Shown piece after piece: positions 37,918-40,777 of a DNA stretch of 40,777 bases. The notes under the pieces are model-generated. The model saw only the letters and a program-made list of their open reading frames with translations, searched no databases and was not told where the DNA came from. The stretch's first letter is position 1. Every line of letters starts with the position of its first letter. The DNA comes from Luteimonas sp. (lineage in GTDB: Bacteria > Pseudomonadota > Gammaproteobacteria > Xanthomonadales > Xanthomonadaceae), in contig DATJDY010000072.1 of the NCBI GenBank assembly GCA_035497155.1, forward strand, positions 1 through 40,777. Reading direction: 5' to 3'. Both the position numbers and the translations under genes were made by a program.

Positions 37918-39507
37918 TCAGGCCGCCCTGGCCACGTCCGCGTCCGGTGCCGACGAGCGGATCAGGTGGTCGAACGCGCTCAGCGCGGCGGTGCAGCCCG
38001 CGCCCATCGCGATCACGATCTGCTTGTACGGCACGGTCGTGGCGTCGCCCGCCGCGAAGACGCCCGGCAAGCTGGTCGCGCCGCGGTCGTCGATCACGAT
38101 CTCGCCGCGCGGGCTCAGCTCGATCGCGCCCTTCAGCCACTCGGTGTTGGGCAGCAGGCCGATCTGCACGAAGATGCCCGCGAGCTCGACCGTGCGGCTT
38201 TCCCCGCTGTTGCGGTCCTTGTAGACCAAGCCAGTGACCTTCTGTCCGTCGCCCAGCACTTCGGTGGTCTGCGCGCTCACCAGCACGTCCACGTTCGGCA
38301 GGCTGCGCAGCTTGCGCTGCAGGACTTCGTCGGCGCGCAGCTTCGAGTCGAACTCGAGCAGCGTCACGTGCTCGACGATGCCGGCCAGGTCGATCGCCGC
38401 CTCGACACCCGAGTTGCCGCCGCCGACCACCGCCACGCGCTTGCCCTTGAACAGCGGGCCGTCGCAGTGCGGGCAATAGGCCACGCCCTTGTTGCGGTAC
38501 TGGTCCTCGCCGGGCACGCCCATCTGCCGCCAGCGCGCGCCGGTCGAGAGCACGACCGACTTCGCGTGCAGCGATGCGCCGCTTTCCAGTTGCACTTCGA
38601 CCAGGCCGCCGGGTTGCTTCGCGGGGACGAGCTTCGCCGCGCGCTGCAGGTTCATCACGTCCACGTCGTACTCGCGCACGTGCTGCTCCAGCGCGACGCC
38701 GAGCTTCGGGCCCTCGGTGTACTGCACGGAGATGAAGTTCTCGATGGCCATCGTGTCCAGCACCTGGCCGCCGAAGCGCTCGGCGGCGACGCCGGTGCGG
38801 ATGCCCTTGCGCGCGGCGTAGATCGCCGCGGCGGAGCCGGCGGGGCCGCCGCCGACCACCAGCACGTCGAACGGCGCCTTTTCCGCGATGCGGGCGGCGG
38901 CGCGCGAGGCGGCGCCGGTGTCGAGCTTCGCGACGACCTGCTCGATCGTCATGCGGCCCTGGTCGAAGGGCTGGCCGTTGAGGAATACCGTCGGCACGCT
39001 CATCACTTCGCGCGCTTCGACTTCGGCCTGGTACAGCGCGCCGTCGATGGCGACGTGGCGGATGTTCGAATTGAGCACGCTCATCGCGTTGAGCGCCTGC
39101 ACGGTGTCCGGGCAGCTCTGGCAGGAGAGCGACATGTAGGTCTCGAACACGAATTCGCCTTCCAGGTCGCGGACCTGGTTGGCGAGTTCCTCTTCGATCT
39201 TCACCGGGTGGCCGCCGACCTGCAGCAGCGCCAGCACCAGCGAGGTGAATTCGTGGCCCATCGGGATCGCGGCGAAGCGCACCGACACGTCGGTGCCCGT
39301 GCGGACGATCGCGAACGAGGGCCTGCGCGCACCGGCGTCGTCGTCGGCGCGCACGCTGATCTTTGCGGAGGTCTCCGCGATGTCGCGCAACAGCGCCTCG
39401 AGCTCGCGCGAGGCGTCGCTGTCGTCGAGCGCGGCGACCAGTTCGATCGGCTGCACCAGGCGTTCCATGTAGGCGGCCAGCTGGGCCTTGAGGTCTGCGT
39501 CGAGCAT
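37918..39507 (-). CDS. ahpF: Alkyl hydroperoxide reductase subunit F
   Basis: [42 protein letters not shown]. Confidence 0.97.
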   Translation of the reverse strand: MLDADLKAQLAAYMERLVQPIELVAALDDSDASRELEALLRDIAETSAKISVRADDDAGARRPSFAIVRTGTDVSVRFAAIPMGHEFTSLVLALLQVGGHPVKIEEELANQVRDLEGEFVFETYMSLSCQSCPDTVQALNAMSVLNSNIRHVAIDGALYQAEVEAREVMSVPTVFLNGQPFDQGRMTIEQVVAKLDTGAASRAAARIAEKAPFDVLVVGGGPAGSAAAIYAARKGIRTGVAAERFGGQVLDTMAIENFISVQYTEGPKLGVALEQHVREYDVDVMNLQRAAKLVPAKQPGGLVEVQLESGASLHAKSVVLSTGARWRQMGVPGEDQYRNKGVAYCPHCDGPLFKGKRVAVVGGGNSGVEAAIDLAGIVEHVTLLEFDSKLRADEVLQRKLRSLPNVDVLVSAQTTEVLGDGQKVTGLVYKDRNSGESRTVELAGIFVQIGLLPNTEWLKGAIELSPRGEIVIDDRGATSLPGVFAAGDATTVPYKQIVIAMGAGCTAALSAFDHLIRSSAPDADVARAA

Positions 39508-39538
39508 GGCTTCGCTCCTGTGAAGTCGGCTCCGGGGG

Positions 39539-39654
39539 CGCATCCGGAAACGCCCGGATGCGGGGGAACAGGTGTCCCGGGCGCGAACGCCCGGGACGAT
39601 GCGACCGGTCGGGGGAACCGGCCGCGCTTGCAGCTGGCCGCGCCTGGCGCGGCC
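39539..39654. repeat. Cluster of GC-rich hairpins in the ahpC-ahpF spacer
   Basis: cgcatccgg/ccggatgcg (39539-39562); gtcccgggcg/cgcccgggac (39574-39597, UUCG loop on the transcribed strand); ggccgcgc/gcgcggcc (39636-39654). Confidence 0.6.
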
Positions 39655-39664
39655 TCGAGGCGGC

Positions 39665-40228
39665 CTAGATCTTGCCGACCAGGTCCAGCGACGGCTTCAG
39701 CGTCTTCTCGCCTTCCTTCCACTTCGCCGGGCACACCTCGCCCGGATGGCTGGCGACGTACTGCGCGGCCTTGACCTTGCGCAGCAGTTCCGACGCGTCG
39801 CGGCCGATGCCGTTGTCGTGGATCTCGCACAGCTTGATCTGGCCTTCCGGGTTGATCACGAAAGTGCCGCGCAGGGCCAGGCCTTCTTCCTCGATCATCA
39901 CGTCGAAGTTGCGGGTGATCGCGCCGGTCGGGTCGCCGATCATCGTGTAGCTGACCTTCTTGATGGCGTCCGAGGTGTCGTGCCAGGCCTTGTGGGCGAA
40001 GTGGGTGTCGGTGGAGACGCTGTAGATCTCGACACCGAGCTTCTTGAACTCCTCGTACTTGTCGGCCAGGTCCTCGAGCTCGGTCGGGCAGACGAAGGTG
40101 AAGTCGGCCGGGTAGAACACCACGACGGACCACTTGCCCTTCAGGCTGGCCTCGGTGACTTCGACGAACTTGCCGTCCTTCAGGGCCTGGGCCTTGAACG
40201 GCTTGATCTGGGTGTTGATCAGGGACAT
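39665..40228 (-). CDS. ahpC: Alkyl hydroperoxide reductase subunit C (2-Cys peroxiredoxin)
   Basis: [31 protein letters not shown]. Confidence 0.98.
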   Translation of the reverse strand: MSLINTQIKPFKAQALKDGKFVEVTEASLKGKWSVVVFYPADFTFVCPTELEDLADKYEEFKKLGVEIYSVSTDTHFAHKAWHDTSDAIKKVSYTMIGDPTGAITRNFDVMIEEEGLALRGTFVINPEGQIKLCEIHDNGIGRDASELLRKVKAAQYVASHPGEVCPAKWKEGEKTLKPSLDLVGKI

Positions 40229-40281
40229 GGAGCGGGTCCTCGCGGGTGGGTGGAAAGGGTCGGATCAGGGGAACACGGGCC

Positions 40282-40310
40282 ATGTTAGGCCGGTGAATCC
40301 GAATCATCAA
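40282..40310 (-). promoter_or_regulatory. ahpC sigma70 promoter
   Basis: Minus-strand -35 TTGATG (40310-40305), 17-bp spacer, -10 TAACAT (40287-40282), directly abutting the OxyR box. Confidence 0.75.
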
Positions 40311-40347
40311 ATTGATTGATGACATGAATACGATAGATTTTATCTAT
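40311..40347 (-). promoter_or_regulatory. OxyR binding site
   Basis: Minus strand reads ATAG-ataaaat-CTAT-cgtattc-ATGT-catcaat-CAAT, matching the ATAG-N7-CTAT-N7-ATAG-N7-CTAT consensus. Confidence 0.88.
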
Positions 40348-40385
40348 CATTCAGGCGGCAAACCGGACCCGTAAGACGCCCTCGT

Positions 40386-40777
40386 TCAGTCCGCGGCGCT
40401 GGCCTCGTCCGTCGCAGCCGAAATGGCTGCTTGCGCTGCCGCCTGCACGAGCGCGGAGAAGTCGAACGGATCGGATTCGCGCAGCAGCGCCCGCCGGAAC
40501 ATGCGCTCGTCGTCCGCGGACAGCGTCGCGAGCGTCTGGAATTCGCCGGCGACGAGCGCCGCCTGCGCGATGCCGTCGCGGTAGAGCACGCGCGCGCCGG
40601 GCAGGCGCGGCACCTTCGCGCCCGGCAGTACCGTGCCGGCGAGGTTGAGCGGATCGTTCGCCGACACCACCAGCGCCTCGCCGTCGTTGGCCCGCCGCCG
40701 CACCTGGCGCAGCGCGGCCACGGCCTCGGGCAGCGCGAACTGCTCGCCGCTCAGCCCGGCGACGAAGCGCCCGCCGC
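40386..40777 (-). CDS. C-terminal part of an Lhr-like DEAD/DEAH helicase (partial, runs off the window)
   Basis: GGRFVAGLSGEQFALPEAVAALR...SANDPLNLAG resembles the Lhr C-terminal domain. Confidence 0.75.
   Translation of the reverse strand, partial: GGRFVAGLSGEQFALPEAVAALRQVRRRANDGEALVVSANDPLNLAGTVLPGAKVPRLPGARVLYRDGIAQAALVAGEFQTLATLSADDERMFRRALLRESDPFDFSALVQAAAQAAISAATDEASAAD

Overview
Very GC-rich gammaproteobacterial chromosome segment. Gene content and order point to Xanthomonadales (Lysobacter/Luteimonas-like); this is inferred, not searched. Most of the window is conserved housekeeping: the end of a CheW/ChpC-like gene, rsmE, bioA, nudE-cysQ-mazG, a ColRS-like two-component pair, a MacAB-type exporter, a POT transporter, dgkA, TerC, LemA with two TPM genes, lgt-thyA-folA, lptD-surA-pdxA-rsmA-apaG-apaH, pduO, ubiH plus a second Ubi hydroxylase, rlmM, a deaminase, glnS, rnk, ahpC-ahpF-oxyR with a clear OxyR box, and the end of an Lhr-like helicase. 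The stand-out region is a roughly 3.6 kb accessory block between folA and apaH (18550-22212). It holds (i) a candidate promoter and structured GGA-rich leader driving a 55-aa leader/core-like peptide ending DCCSSNNYPTPPQPPQ, translationally coupled to a degenerate and then an intact-length LpxL/LPLAT-like acyltransferase with a non-canonical HHGHY site, which is a candidate new lipidated RiPP system; and (ii) a convergent pair made of a secreted TraB/GumN-like protein with a TonB-box-like segment and no catalytic His residues, plus a TonB-like membrane-anchored protein. Two oppositely oriented palindromic repeat elements lie at 11072-11359. All calls come from motif recognition by eye; no searches were run.
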